A stretch of DNA of 10,920 bases, taken from contig JBLFWS010000112.1 of NCBI GenBank assembly GCA_047611865.1, forward strand, positions 1 to 10,920, read 5' to 3'. The notes under the pieces are model-generated. The model had not been told where the DNA came from and searched no databases. It was given only the letters and a program-made list of their open reading frames with translations. The stretch is from Chlamydiales bacterium (GTDB lineage: Bacteria; Chlamydiota; Chlamydiia; Chlamydiales; JBDQID01). The position numbers and the translations under genes were made by a program. Below, piece after piece: positions 1-7,977 of this stretch (position 1 is the stretch's first letter; each line of letters begins with the position of its first letter).

Positions 1-419
1 AACTGTGAAAGCAGGGATTGAGATAAAACGGCAGAAGGCTGGGTGGGATAACAATTACCTATTGTCTGTGTTAGGTGTAAAGTTTTCTTCATGAAATCGC
101 CCTGTCTAAAGGACAATCCCGTCAAAACTCATTTTTTATATCTTTGTAATAGCAGTAGTTCTAATAGTTCACTACTAATCTACTATTGTAGTAGTCGCTT
201 TTTTATTAAAGTAGAATGTATGCGCAAACAAGCTTAATAATCGGATTTGGCCCGATATTTTCCCGCCTGATGAAGCCTTTGCTTTTGCATAATTTTGTCT
301 TAGATTTAAGATTTTATTGATTCTGTTTTTCAGAGAAATTTTACATCAAGGGCTCAAGCGCGTTTATTGGTGCAGGAGCTGTAAAGGCTTGCGAACTGAG
401 TGATTTTGAGCATAGACAA

Positions 420-448
420 TTGATTTTTTTATAGATTTGAGTTATAAT
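420..448 (+). promoter_or_regulatory. Putative sigma70 promoter of the large FecR-domain gene
   Basis: TTGATT (420-425), 17-bp spacer, TATAAT (443-448). GGAG RBS at 509-512 before the ATG at 520. Confidence 0.6.
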
Positions 449-519
449 ACCTATGGGGGTAGTTGCGATGACACAGTCGATGGGCTGTGCTTGAATCTTC
501 TATATGAGGGAGAAGAGCG

Positions 520-3500
520 ATGGTCACCCGGTCTTATTTTAGTCTTATATTTACCATTTTATGCTTTGGTCTTATGACAGCAGGAGTTGATGCGGTTCAC
601 GTCGATCAAAGCATTTCTCTACCTGTTAAATTCATGGAAATTGCACAAGCGGATGAAGTTGTGACTCAAGCTTCAAAGCCCGCTGTAATTCAGGAAAAAG
701 TGGGAATTATACTTTCCTTAAAAGGTAAGGCTATTGCGATAGGTAAAGATGGAGAGAAGCGAAAATTGATGGGAGCCTCCCCGTTATTTATCGGAGATCG
801 TATTGAAACTAAAAAGAAAACTACTTTACAATTAAGTTTTACCGATGGTTCAACTCTTAGAATGACCGCCCGAAGTGACTTTACTATTGATGATTACAAG
901 TTTGATGAAGAAAAGGGAATTGCTGTAAATAAAAGTACTGTTGACGACGGTACTTTAGGTTTTTTAGCAGGTAAAATCGCGAAAATAGCTCCACAAGACT
1001 ATAAGATCCACACAGCTACAGCGACAATCGGGATTAGGGGGTCCGGAGGTGAATTTAAGACATCCTCTGGCGATAACCCTAGTTTATTGGCTAGAACCTC
1101 AGAAGGTCACGTCCTAGAAGTGGAAACAGAGGGTTTTGGAAGCTTTGTATTGGATGATCCAGCCGTAGGTTTAGAAGTAACTCCCTCTGGTGTTGCTATG
1201 GTTCCAATCGAAGGATCTTTGGTGGATCAAGCAGAGCAGGCTGCCGAAGAGGAAGAAGAAGATGCTGAGGAAGAAGAGGAGGAAGAAGAGGAAGAGGAAG
1301 AGGAAGAGGAGGAAGAGGAAGAAGAGGAAGAGGAGGAAGAGGAAGAAGAGGAAGAGGAGGAAGAAGAAGAGGCTGAAGAAGAGGAAGAAGAGGCTGAAGA
1401 AGAAGAGGCTGAAGAAGAAGCTGAAGAAGAAGAAGCTGAAGAAGAAGCTTCAGAGGAAGAAGCTGAAGAGGAAGCTGCCGAAGAAGAAGGTAGTGATGAT
1501 GAAGGCGAAGCCGCCGGTGAAGAAGAAGCTGCTGATGAAGGTTCAGACGAAACGGAGAGTAGCGACTCAGAAGAATCAGCGGGGGTAGAGGAGGATGAAG
1601 CTCCCCCTGAAAGCGAAGAAGCACCAGAAGATGATGGTTCTCCTGAAGGAGAGTCTGAAGCTGGAGACGGTCCCTCAACTGACGATGGTGAAGGGACGGC
1701 TGTTGGAGAAAGCGAAAGTAGTACGCCGCTACTTGATGAAGGTGATTCGGGAGACACATCCGTAGAGGTGGCTTCTGCAGGGCTTGATGATGAAGGGCCT
1801 ATTGTAGAAACAGCAAGTGTAGAGGTTGAAGCACCCGACTTGGAAATAGATATGGAAGTACCCGATGTAGAGGTTGAAGTTCCTGTCGTTGAAGTTGAGG
1901 TACCTGTTGTAGAGATAGAAATTCCACTTATTGACTTCTCGGATATTATTGATCGCAGTGCCATAATTGAGAGTGTTATTTCTGAAGACCAAGAAGAGAC
2001 TTTTGTACAACAAGCCGAAATCACGACTGTTCCAGAGGTTGAAGAAATTGTTTCAGAAATTGAACAGCTGATTACGGATTCCAGTGTTACCCCCGAAGAT
2101 ATTGAACTGGAAGTAGCCTATGGAATCGTTTTTCAGCATCTTAAAAACAAGTTTTTTGCTGATCTAGATGAACTTACCGATGAGGTCGAGTTGGACCTCT
2201 TCGAAAACATTACTTCAGCATTAATTATTGTTGGAGGAGACTTTGATGTGGCTCCCCAGGCTGATTTTTTCTTGGAAGAGATTCGGAATTTGATCCTCTT
2301 TGGTGGTATTGATTTCGATGCTTTTCAAGCTGGGGATAACGGTGAGATACTTGCCATTTTAGAAGATGAGTTTGGGGCAGGCCTTAATGGCAGTGTTTTG
2401 GCAGGAGCTATCTTTGAAGAGCATATAATAGAAGCTATTGACGAAATCAGAGCAGAGATAATTCAAACGCCAGCTACGACGAATATAGAGTCTGAAATCA
2501 TTCGTTTGATTCTTGAGCACGAGATCTCTATAGAAGCAGGAGTACCCCTGGAAGCAGAATTGATAGAGACACAGCTTAGGGAGATACTCTTTACAGAGGG
2601 TACTGTGAGTGATCTTGTACTCTTTACCTTTCAGGACGAGTTGGAAGAGACTTTGCTTGAGATAAATCAGGAAATAGCAGAAATTCCCGATGGGAATCAA
2701 TTTGTTGAGGATTTCCGAACTCATCTTTTGGATGGAACTCTTCTAGCTATTGAACTTGTGAAACCGGGAGAAGACTCTTTTCTCATTGTGGAGTCAAAGT
2801 ATTTAGAAGGCAGGGTTCTCAGTGACCTTGGTCAATTTATTCTGGAAGAACAAATTGAATTGGCAATGCAATTATTAGCATCAGAAGTTCAGGGCTTACC
2901 AAGTGATTCATCCATTATCGATTTTGTGAACGTAACATTACAAGAGACGGAAGACCTGAGTGCTTTGGATAGCGTAGAGTTTATTTCCGATCTTCAATTG
3001 ACAGCAAGAGAAAGCCTCTTAGAAGGGAGTGGAGAAGGAACCCTTTTTGATATCTTATTTGAGGGTATGGTTCTTGGGGCATTTCAGGATGTTACCAATG
3101 GAATATCAAATGTTCCCGACGCAGCAGGGATTTTATTACTGTTGGAAGAGGGCTTGGCAAGTGGGGATATTTCACCTTTTACGCTAAATGATACAAGTTC
3201 TAGTTCCGCTGTGATTGCAAGTTATGTGACAAGCATAATAGCTGATCCGGAAGAAGGGGAGGCGGGGGTTTTTATTCAAAGTCTAATAGAGAGGAATTCC
3301 TATGAGGCCTTCTCCACTCTTTACGAATCCACCTCGAACCTTCCAAGCTTCTATTCGTTTAACTCAAGATTAAATAGCTACTTTGTTGAAGGATTAATAT
3401 CCTTATCCGATTTCTATGAGGAAACAGCGGTAAACGACGTGGCGGAAATCATCTTCTCCATTTACTTTTCTTATCCCAGAGGTGAGAATGACCCTAGATC

Positions 3501-5298
3501 AGAAGTGGTATTTGATGCCATGGTAGCTTATTCAGCATCCGAAATTAAAAGCGCATTGGAGAGCATTCCCGATTCAGGAGGGATGAGAGATTTCGTAGAG
3601 AATGAGGTAGCAGAGGGAAACATAGGCCGGAGTCTTCTGGATGATTCAGATCTTATGCAGTATTATCAAAGTTATTTTTATTATCGTTTAACTGATTATA
3701 TTTATGAGGAAAGCGGTTTTGAAAATATCTTAAGTTTAGACATTGAAACGAAGTTAGAAGAAGCCTTCGAAAATGTAAATTACATATATAGCCCCTACAT
3801 TGAAAGAACATATGCTCTGGACCCCTACTCAGTGGTAAGCAGGGCTGGTATAGATGTTTACGATGAGGATTGGGCACTGCCGTCTGTATGGCAAGAAGAT
3901 TTGGAAGCTTATAAGATTATGACAGGGGTTACCTGGGGGTTTAATTCAGAACGAGACCCCAATCTTCCAGATTCTCTTTTTCAGGATGGGTGGTTTATTT
4001 CTGGTGTTGGACCGAGTACAGATATTCAGGGAGAGACTCTAATTGATCAGATAGGGCTTGGTGGCCAACACTCGTATTATTCGGGTGTCTCCTATCAAAG
4101 GCTACAGAGAGATGCCTCATCAGGTGTAGAGTTATCTCTAGGTTTATCTGTGATGGCTCTTGATGGTGGCCCGACACCTGGTCTGCATGGCATTACCTTT
4201 ATACCTGAGCAAGGGACTATCATTGTGTATGATGAAGAAGGGGGCAATGTTAACGTTGATGGAATATTAAGTGGACTGGCCATTTTTGACGTTTTCGGAA
4301 ATAACGGTGAGGCAGCATCTGATAGTTTACTTTTTGCAGATATTGAACAAAATCTCGCAAACATAAAATATGCGGGTGAAGGGGCAGAAAACCTTTATTT
4401 CACCTATAGCCGAGAGCATATTCCGGGAGAAGAATTCGTAAAAGGTGGAGGAGTCCTGACAACTGTTAGCAAGACTGATGATATAAGCCAGCATACACAA
4501 GTCGAGCTCGTAGGTTATGTGGCAGGGGCAATGGGTAATGACGTCTTCTCTGAACTTGATACCAATGCTTCGCATCTGATTCAAGGTAAGAGCGACTACA
4601 CCCTCGACTTTAATCTGACAGAATTTGAGAGCTTTATGGGCACTCTATCCGTAGATCAACCCTCTAATCCGCTTGAAGTTTTTGTAAGTAAAGATGGCTT
4701 TATTACTACTCTCGATCTCAACTCGAGTGCAGGGGAGAATGAAGCGGGAATTTCTTCCTTTAATACTACAAACAGTTTTATTGCAGGTGTCCCCGGGTTA
4801 AATGAATTTCAGCACATAGGTTGGGGGATATGGTCTATAAATGAGGGGGTATCGGAAGGGCGGGGGCTAAGAGGCTTTACCTCCTTTGGACACCTCAATT
4901 CTATTACATCTGCCGCTGACATGGAAGCTCTGAGGAATGGCGGTAATTCAAACTACGTTTATTATTCGGGTCCTGCGATGGGATCTATTTGGAACATCAA
5001 TGATACAACGGCACCTACGATAGATTTTGGCTATGCAGGCATGTCTGTTAATTTTGGAACGGGTGCTGTATCAGGGAGTCTGAGTTACAATACAGGTTAT
5101 CTTTACCTGCAGCGGCCTTCGGGAACAGATATCAATTCGCAATTCACAGGAACGGCCACGCTTAACGGTGGTGGCTCAGGTTATTTTAGAACCCAACTAT
5201 TTGGACCGGGCGCTGCGGAAGGAGCGGGTTCTTATGGAGCGACCAATGGTGACTTACGCGCTACAGGGGTGTTTGGGGTGCAGGTATATGAACATTAA
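520..5298 (+). CDS. Large acidic secreted protein (1592 aa): FecR-like N-terminal domain, poly-Glu linker, helical repeats, C-terminal transferrin-binding-protein-like beta-barrel region
   Basis: Long ORF with RBS and a hydrophobic N-terminal signal peptide ending around V-D-A. FecR-like motifs GDRIET...LSFTDGSTLRM...TATATIGIRGS. The C-terminus YYSGPAMG...MSVNFGTGAVSGSL...LFGPGAAEGAGSY...ATGVFGVQ resembles TbpB-type barrels. Confidence 0.85.
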   Translation: MVTRSYFSLIFTILCFGLMTAGVDAVHVDQSISLPVKFMEIAQADEVVTQASKPAVIQEKVGIILSLKGKAIAIGKDGEKRKLMGASPLFIGDRIETKKKTTLQLSFTDGSTLRMTARSDFTIDDYKFDEEKGIAVNKSTVDDGTLGFLAGKIAKIAPQDYKIHTATATIGIRGSGGEFKTSSGDNPSLLARTSEGHVLEVETEGFGSFVLDDPAVGLEVTPSGVAMVPIEGSLVDQAEQAAEEEEEDAEEEEEEEEEEEEEEEEEEEEEEEEEEEEEEEEEEEAEEEEEEAEEEEAEEEAEEEEAEEEASEEEAEEEAAEEEGSDDEGEAAGEEEAADEGSDETESSDSEESAGVEEDEAPPESEEAPEDDGSPEGESEAGDGPSTDDGEGTAVGESESSTPLLDEGDSGDTSVEVASAGLDDEGPIVETASVEVEAPDLEIDMEVPDVEVEVPVVEVEVPVVEIEIPLIDFSDIIDRSAIIESVISEDQEETFVQQAEITTVPEVEEIVSEIEQLITDSSVTPEDIELEVAYGIVFQHLKNKFFADLDELTDEVELDLFENITSALIIVGGDFDVAPQADFFLEEIRNLILFGGIDFDAFQAGDNGEILAILEDEFGAGLNGSVLAGAIFEEHIIEAIDEIRAEIIQTPATTNIESEIIRLILEHEISIEAGVPLEAELIETQLREILFTEGTVSDLVLFTFQDELEETLLEINQEIAEIPDGNQFVEDFRTHLLDGTLLAIELVKPGEDSFLIVESKYLEGRVLSDLGQFILEEQIELAMQLLASEVQGLPSDSSIIDFVNVTLQETEDLSALDSVEFISDLQLTARESLLEGSGEGTLFDILFEGMVLGAFQDVTNGISNVPDAAGILLLLEEGLASGDISPFTLNDTSSSSAVIASYVTSIIADPEEGEAGVFIQSLIERNSYEAFSTLYESTSNLPSFYSFNSRLNSYFVEGLISLSDFYEETAVNDVAEIIFSIYFSYPRGENDPRSEVVFDAMVAYSASEIKSALESIPDSGGMRDFVENEVAEGNIGRSLLDDSDLMQYYQSYFYYRLTDYIYEESGFENILSLDIETKLEEAFENVNYIYSPYIERTYALDPYSVVSRAGIDVYDEDWALPSVWQEDLEAYKIMTGVTWGFNSERDPNLPDSLFQDGWFISGVGPSTDIQGETLIDQIGLGGQHSYYSGVSYQRLQRDASSGVELSLGLSVMALDGGPTPGLHGITFIPEQGTIIVYDEEGGNVNVDGILSGLAIFDVFGNNGEAASDSLLFADIEQNLANIKYAGEGAENLYFTYSREHIPGEEFVKGGGVLTTVSKTDDISQHTQVELVGYVAGAMGNDVFSELDTNASHLIQGKSDYTLDFNLTEFESFMGTLSVDQPSNPLEVFVSKDGFITTLDLNSSAGENEAGISSFNTTNSFIAGVPGLNEFQHIGWGIWSINEGVSEGRGLRGFTSFGHLNSITSAADMEALRNGGNSNYVYYSGPAMGSIWNINDTTAPTIDFGYAGMSVNFGTGAVSGSLSYNTGYLYLQRPSGTDINSQFTGTATLNGGGSGYFRTQLFGPGAAEGAGSYGATNGDLRATGVFGVQVYEH
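1246..1490 (+). repeat. GAA/GAG low-complexity tract encoding poly-Glu and EEEA repeats
   Basis: 1267-1371 is 35 consecutive GAA/GAG codons, followed by GCT-(GAR)n units. Confidence 0.95.
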
Positions 5299-5378
5299 CA
5301 AGATCGATAGTTAAGAAAGAAGGGCCAAATAAGCTGTCAAGACATCGGCTAATCGCTAGTAAAATTCGTAAAATACTT

Positions 5379-5464
5379 CTTGTTGTGGACCAGTAAGAAA
5401 CAGCATTTGCCGGTTTCCTTTGAAATGATCTTCAATCATTTTTGTGTAGCTTCTTTTTTTGCAT
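5379..5464 (-). pseudogene. Degenerate copy of the first ~28 codons of the neighbouring AAA ATPase gene
   Basis: Aligns to 6687-6771 with 7 substitutions and one extra base in the A-run after the ATG (frameshift). Corrected translation MQKRSYTKMIEDHFKGNRQMLFLTGPQQ versus MQKRTYTKIIEDHFKENRQMLFLTGPRQ. Confidence 0.9.
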
Positions 5465-5487
5465 TAAATTTATTTTGACGATATAGA

Positions 5488-5521
5488 TCATGGGTGCCAG
5501 GCCTGCAAGACTGCAACTTGA
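5488..5521 (+). repeat. 34-bp REP/TIR-like repeat, copy 1
   Basis: TCATGGGTGCCAGGCCTGCAAGACTGCAACTTGA, identical to 6916-6949. Confidence 0.95.
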
Positions 5522-5559
5522 TGATTACTGCTTTGTTCATCATTGAAGGAGCCCCTTTT

Positions 5560-6771
5560 TTAGACAAGTTGAGAAAGAATAGTTGAGGCAGGTACTTTGA
5601 TGGGGCCTTTTTCTTCAAAACAGTTGTCAGGAACAAATGGTAAGTCTAGGGCAACTTGAAAGGCATGGGGAGTGTCCAGCATTTTATGAAAATATACTAA
5701 ACCCTTGGAAATAGGTTTGTTTGCTGATTTTTTTGCTTCAATTAAAAACCAAGGTTTTTGGTTTTTCGTTATGATGAAATCGACTTCGCGTTTTTCTTTG
5801 TCTCTGAGGTAGTGTAGGCCGTACGCTCCAAAGCCTAGGTCATTCCACATATGAACGGCTTTCAGTAAATGAGAGGCGATGAAGTTTTCTACTCTTGCTC
5901 CTTCATCTTCTACCAGAGACCAGTCCCACAAATAGAACTTTGGCTCTTTTAGCAATGACCTTGTCACATTTTTTGCCCATGGTCGAATCTCATAACAGTA
6001 ATAGAATGATTGAAGTATTTCAAACCATCTTCTGACAGTATCTACACTTTTTCGGATTTTTTTTGCCAGGTTACTGTAATTTCCTTGTTGACCTATTTGA
6101 TGTCTTAGGAGTTCTGCCAGCAGTTCAATTTCGCCTAAATCCTGAATCATGGTCGATTCGCGCAAATCTTCTTTAAAAAGCAATGAGTGCTTTAGCGCAC
6201 TCCATCTTCGGTAAAATGTACGTTTATTTTTGGTATATGGTTCAGGGAAGCCGCCAAAATCCATTAAGTTTTGTAGTTTTGTTTGCGGGATTTTTTTCGC
6301 TTGATTGGTGGGGTCTTCATTGACATTTTGCCCGGCGATTTCTGCAATACTAAGAGGGTGCATTCTCAATATGAAATATCTTCCCATTAGGCTATCTCCG
6401 CCTTTTCGATAAACGTCGAGACGGCTACTACCGGTAACGAGAATAGAAGTTTTATTTTCATAGGTGTCGAAAAATCCCTTAAGGAAATTTTTCCAATGGC
6501 TGTATTTATGTATTTCATCGAAGATAAATAGGGTTTTCTTTTTACCTAAACGATTGAGACCCGCTTCTTCGGCAATTGCTGAGGGGCCTTTCAAGATGAG
6601 TTCTTTATGGTCTTGGTCATCCCAATTAAGGTAAATACTGTTCGAGAATTTTTTTTGTAATTCTTTACTCACAGTGGTTTTCCCTACTTGTCGTGGGCCG
6701 GTAAGAAACAGCATTTGTCGGTTTTCTTTGAAATGATCTTCAATTATTTTTGTGTAGGTTCTTTTTTGCAT
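5560..6771 (-). CDS. AAA+ ATPase (AAA_14-type) with DUF4143 / C-terminal PD-(D/E)XK-like domain, 403 aa
   Basis: Walker A GPRQVGKT, Walker B FIFDEIH, and ILVTGSS, GRY and GGFP motifs. C-terminal PKFYLWD, ENFIASHL and REVDFII...LIEAK motifs. GAGGT RBS 5 nt upstream (6777-6781). Confidence 0.9.
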   Translation of the reverse strand: MQKRTYTKIIEDHFKENRQMLFLTGPRQVGKTTVSKELQKKFSNSIYLNWDDQDHKELILKGPSAIAEEAGLNRLGKKKTLFIFDEIHKYSHWKNFLKGFFDTYENKTSILVTGSSRLDVYRKGGDSLMGRYFILRMHPLSIAEIAGQNVNEDPTNQAKKIPQTKLQNLMDFGGFPEPYTKNKRTFYRRWSALKHSLLFKEDLRESTMIQDLGEIELLAELLRHQIGQQGNYSNLAKKIRKSVDTVRRWFEILQSFYYCYEIRPWAKNVTRSLLKEPKFYLWDWSLVEDEGARVENFIASHLLKAVHMWNDLGFGAYGLHYLRDKEKREVDFIITKNQKPWFLIEAKKSANKPISKGLVYFHKMLDTPHAFQVALDLPFVPDNCFEEKGPIKVPASTILSQLV

Positions 6772-6789
6772 CTTTTACCTCAGTGTATA

Positions 6790-6885
6790 TTGACTATTTT
6801 ACGACATATCGTAAAATAGTCAAGACTATTTTACGATATGTCGTAAATTGGTCGTGCCTGTTTTACGAATTACCGTAAAATAGTC
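6790..6885. promoter_or_regulatory. Three phased 30-bp palindromes (consensus GACTATTTTACGA-N4-TCGTAAAATAGTC); the first contains a bidirectional sigma70-like promoter
   Basis: Units start at 6792, 6824 and 6856 (32-bp period). Unit 1 has perfect 15-bp arms (6790-6804 and 6809-6823) and reads TTGACT-16bp-TAAAAT on both strands. Confidence 0.75.
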
Positions 6886-6915
6886 GTGTTTGGACTGGGG
6901 ATTTGCTTTTTTTAG

Positions 6916-6949
6916 TCATGGGTGCCAGGCCTGCAAGACTGCAACTTGA
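6916..6949 (+). repeat. 34-bp REP/TIR-like repeat, copy 2 (left end of RAYT unit)
   Basis: Identical to 5488-5521 and inverted relative to 7938-7971. Confidence 0.95.
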
Positions 6950-7005
6950 ATTGAAAAAAAGGCATCTATTCCCTATTTTATATCTCTGAAAATGGGAGGT
7001 ATAAA

Positions 7006-7971
7006 TTGGGGCGAAAAAAGCGTAAAAGCATATCAGGTGCAAGTTACCATGTGATGCTTAGAGGGAACGATGGTCAAGATATTTATGTCGATGATCTTGA
7101 TAGATGTAAAATGTGCATGTTGATACAGCAAGGTATCGAGCGCTATGGTCATCGCATTCATGCATTCTGTTTTATGTCTAATCACATCCACCTCTTATTG
7201 CAAATTGGTGATATCCCACTTTCCACAGTCATGCATAACCTTGCATTCCGATACAGTCAGTTTTTCAATAAACGACATGATCGGATAGGCCATCTTTTCC
7301 AAGGGAGGTTTAAGTCGGTTTTGATCGATGAAGATGCTTACTTTAAGCGATTGCTTCGATATATTCATATGAATCCTGTTAGAGCTGATTTGGTTGCCGA
7401 GCCAGAGGCGTACCATTGGTCGGGTCACAATACATATCTAGAGTTAGACGAGATTACTTGGTGTACTACTTTACGGGGACTTAAGAAATTTTCAGATTCG
7501 AGGTCCCAGGCACAATCTTTGTATAGTGCGTATGTCAAAAAAGAAGAGAGTTCTGAAAGCTTAGAAAAGCTGAGGCGGGGTTTTTCCGAAAGTGACGGAT
7601 TAGGCAGTGACACTTTTCGAGAACTTCTTCGAAAAGAAAAATGTCAGGGCAAGTTGCCTCCTCTTTCCTTTGAAACCATACTTACCACTGTAGCAACAGA
7701 ATTTGGGATTTGCAAAAACCAAATTTTATCTAAAGGACAATCGCGTCAAAACTCATCTGCTAGGGCATTTGTAGCGCATTTTGTGAAGCAATTTGGTTTC
7801 AACACGATTGAAGATGTCAGTGCGTATATGTCTAGGGAAGCGAGTAGCATTAGCAGTCTTATCTCTCGACTTCAGAACAAGAAAATGTTTTGTCAAGAAA
7901 CAACAGAAGCATTAGGGAAAATAGAATGTAAACTTATTGAAGTTGCAGACTTGCAGGCCTGGCACCCATGA
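7006..7971 (+). CDS. REP-associated tyrosine (HUH Y1) transposase-like protein with C-terminal DnaA-C-like HTH, 321 aa
   Basis: YHVMLRGN, HUH motif FCFMSNHIHLL, GHLFQGRFKS, catalytic-Tyr motif RYIHMNPVRA, and YHWS. The C-terminal ILTTVATEFGI...ILSKGQSRQNSSARAFVAH...VSAYMSREASSIS resembles DnaA domain IV. TTG start with GGAGGT RBS at 6995-7000. Confidence 0.9.
   Translation: MGRKKRKSISGASYHVMLRGNDGQDIYVDDLDRCKMCMLIQQGIERYGHRIHAFCFMSNHIHLLLQIGDIPLSTVMHNLAFRYSQFFNKRHDRIGHLFQGRFKSVLIDEDAYFKRLLRYIHMNPVRADLVAEPEAYHWSGHNTYLELDEITWCTTLRGLKKFSDSRSQAQSLYSAYVKKEESSESLEKLRRGFSESDGLGSDTFRELLRKEKCQGKLPPLSFETILTTVATEFGICKNQILSKGQSRQNSSARAFVAHFVKQFGFNTIEDVSAYMSREASSISSLISRLQNKKMFCQETTEALGKIECKLIEVADLQAWHP
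7938..7971 (-). repeat. 34-bp REP/TIR-like repeat, copy 3 (inverted; overlaps the transposase stop codon)
   Basis: TGAAGTTGCAGACTTGCAGGCCTGGCACCCATGA is the reverse complement of copies 1 and 2 with 2 mismatches. Confidence 0.95.
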
Positions 7972-7977
7972 CCCATG

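Larger units (their letters stand above)
6916..7971 (+). mobile_element. RAYT-like HUH transposase unit bounded by 34-bp inverted repeats (1056 bp)
   Basis: Inverted repeats 6916-6949 and 7938-7971 (32/34 match) enclose only the Y1 transposase ORF. Confidence 0.75.

Noticed and set aside
1..92. Possible minus-strand gene start (MKKTLHLTQTIGNCYPTQPSAVLSQSLLSQ...) running off the window
   Set aside because: Only 30 codons are visible, the RBS is weak and there is no recognisable motif, so it cannot be supported.
146..197. TAG/CTA-rich stretch with short inverted repeats (AGTAGT/ACTACT, CTACTA/TAGTAG)
   Set aside because: The 6-bp arms lie in low-complexity AT-rich DNA and are not distinguishable from chance.
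1190..2024. Poly-Lys/Arg, poly-Leu/Pro and poly-Ser ORFs (1190-1588, 1196-1759, 1227-2024, 1729-2013)
   Set aside because: Shadow frames of the GAA/GAG tract and acidic linker inside the large CDS.
2359..4584. Short minus-strand ORFs inside the large gene
   Set aside because: Antisense shadows with no motifs.
5544..5562. Possible terminator AAGG-AGCC-CCTT-TTTT
   Set aside because: The 4-bp stem is too weak to call.
5436..5636. 66-aa minus-strand ORF
   Set aside because: It overlaps the ATPase end and reads through the repeat and the pseudogene fragment out of frame; spurious.
5379..6771. DGR template/variable repeat pair (5379-5464 versus 6687-6771)
   Set aside because: Mismatches are not confined to adenines, the copy covers the N-terminus, and no reverse transcriptase is present.
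6790..6885. CRISPR array
   Set aside because: The palindromic units are separated by only 2 bp, there are no unique spacers, and no cas genes are present.
7195..7613. Two short minus-strand ORFs within the transposase
   Set aside because: Antisense shadows.
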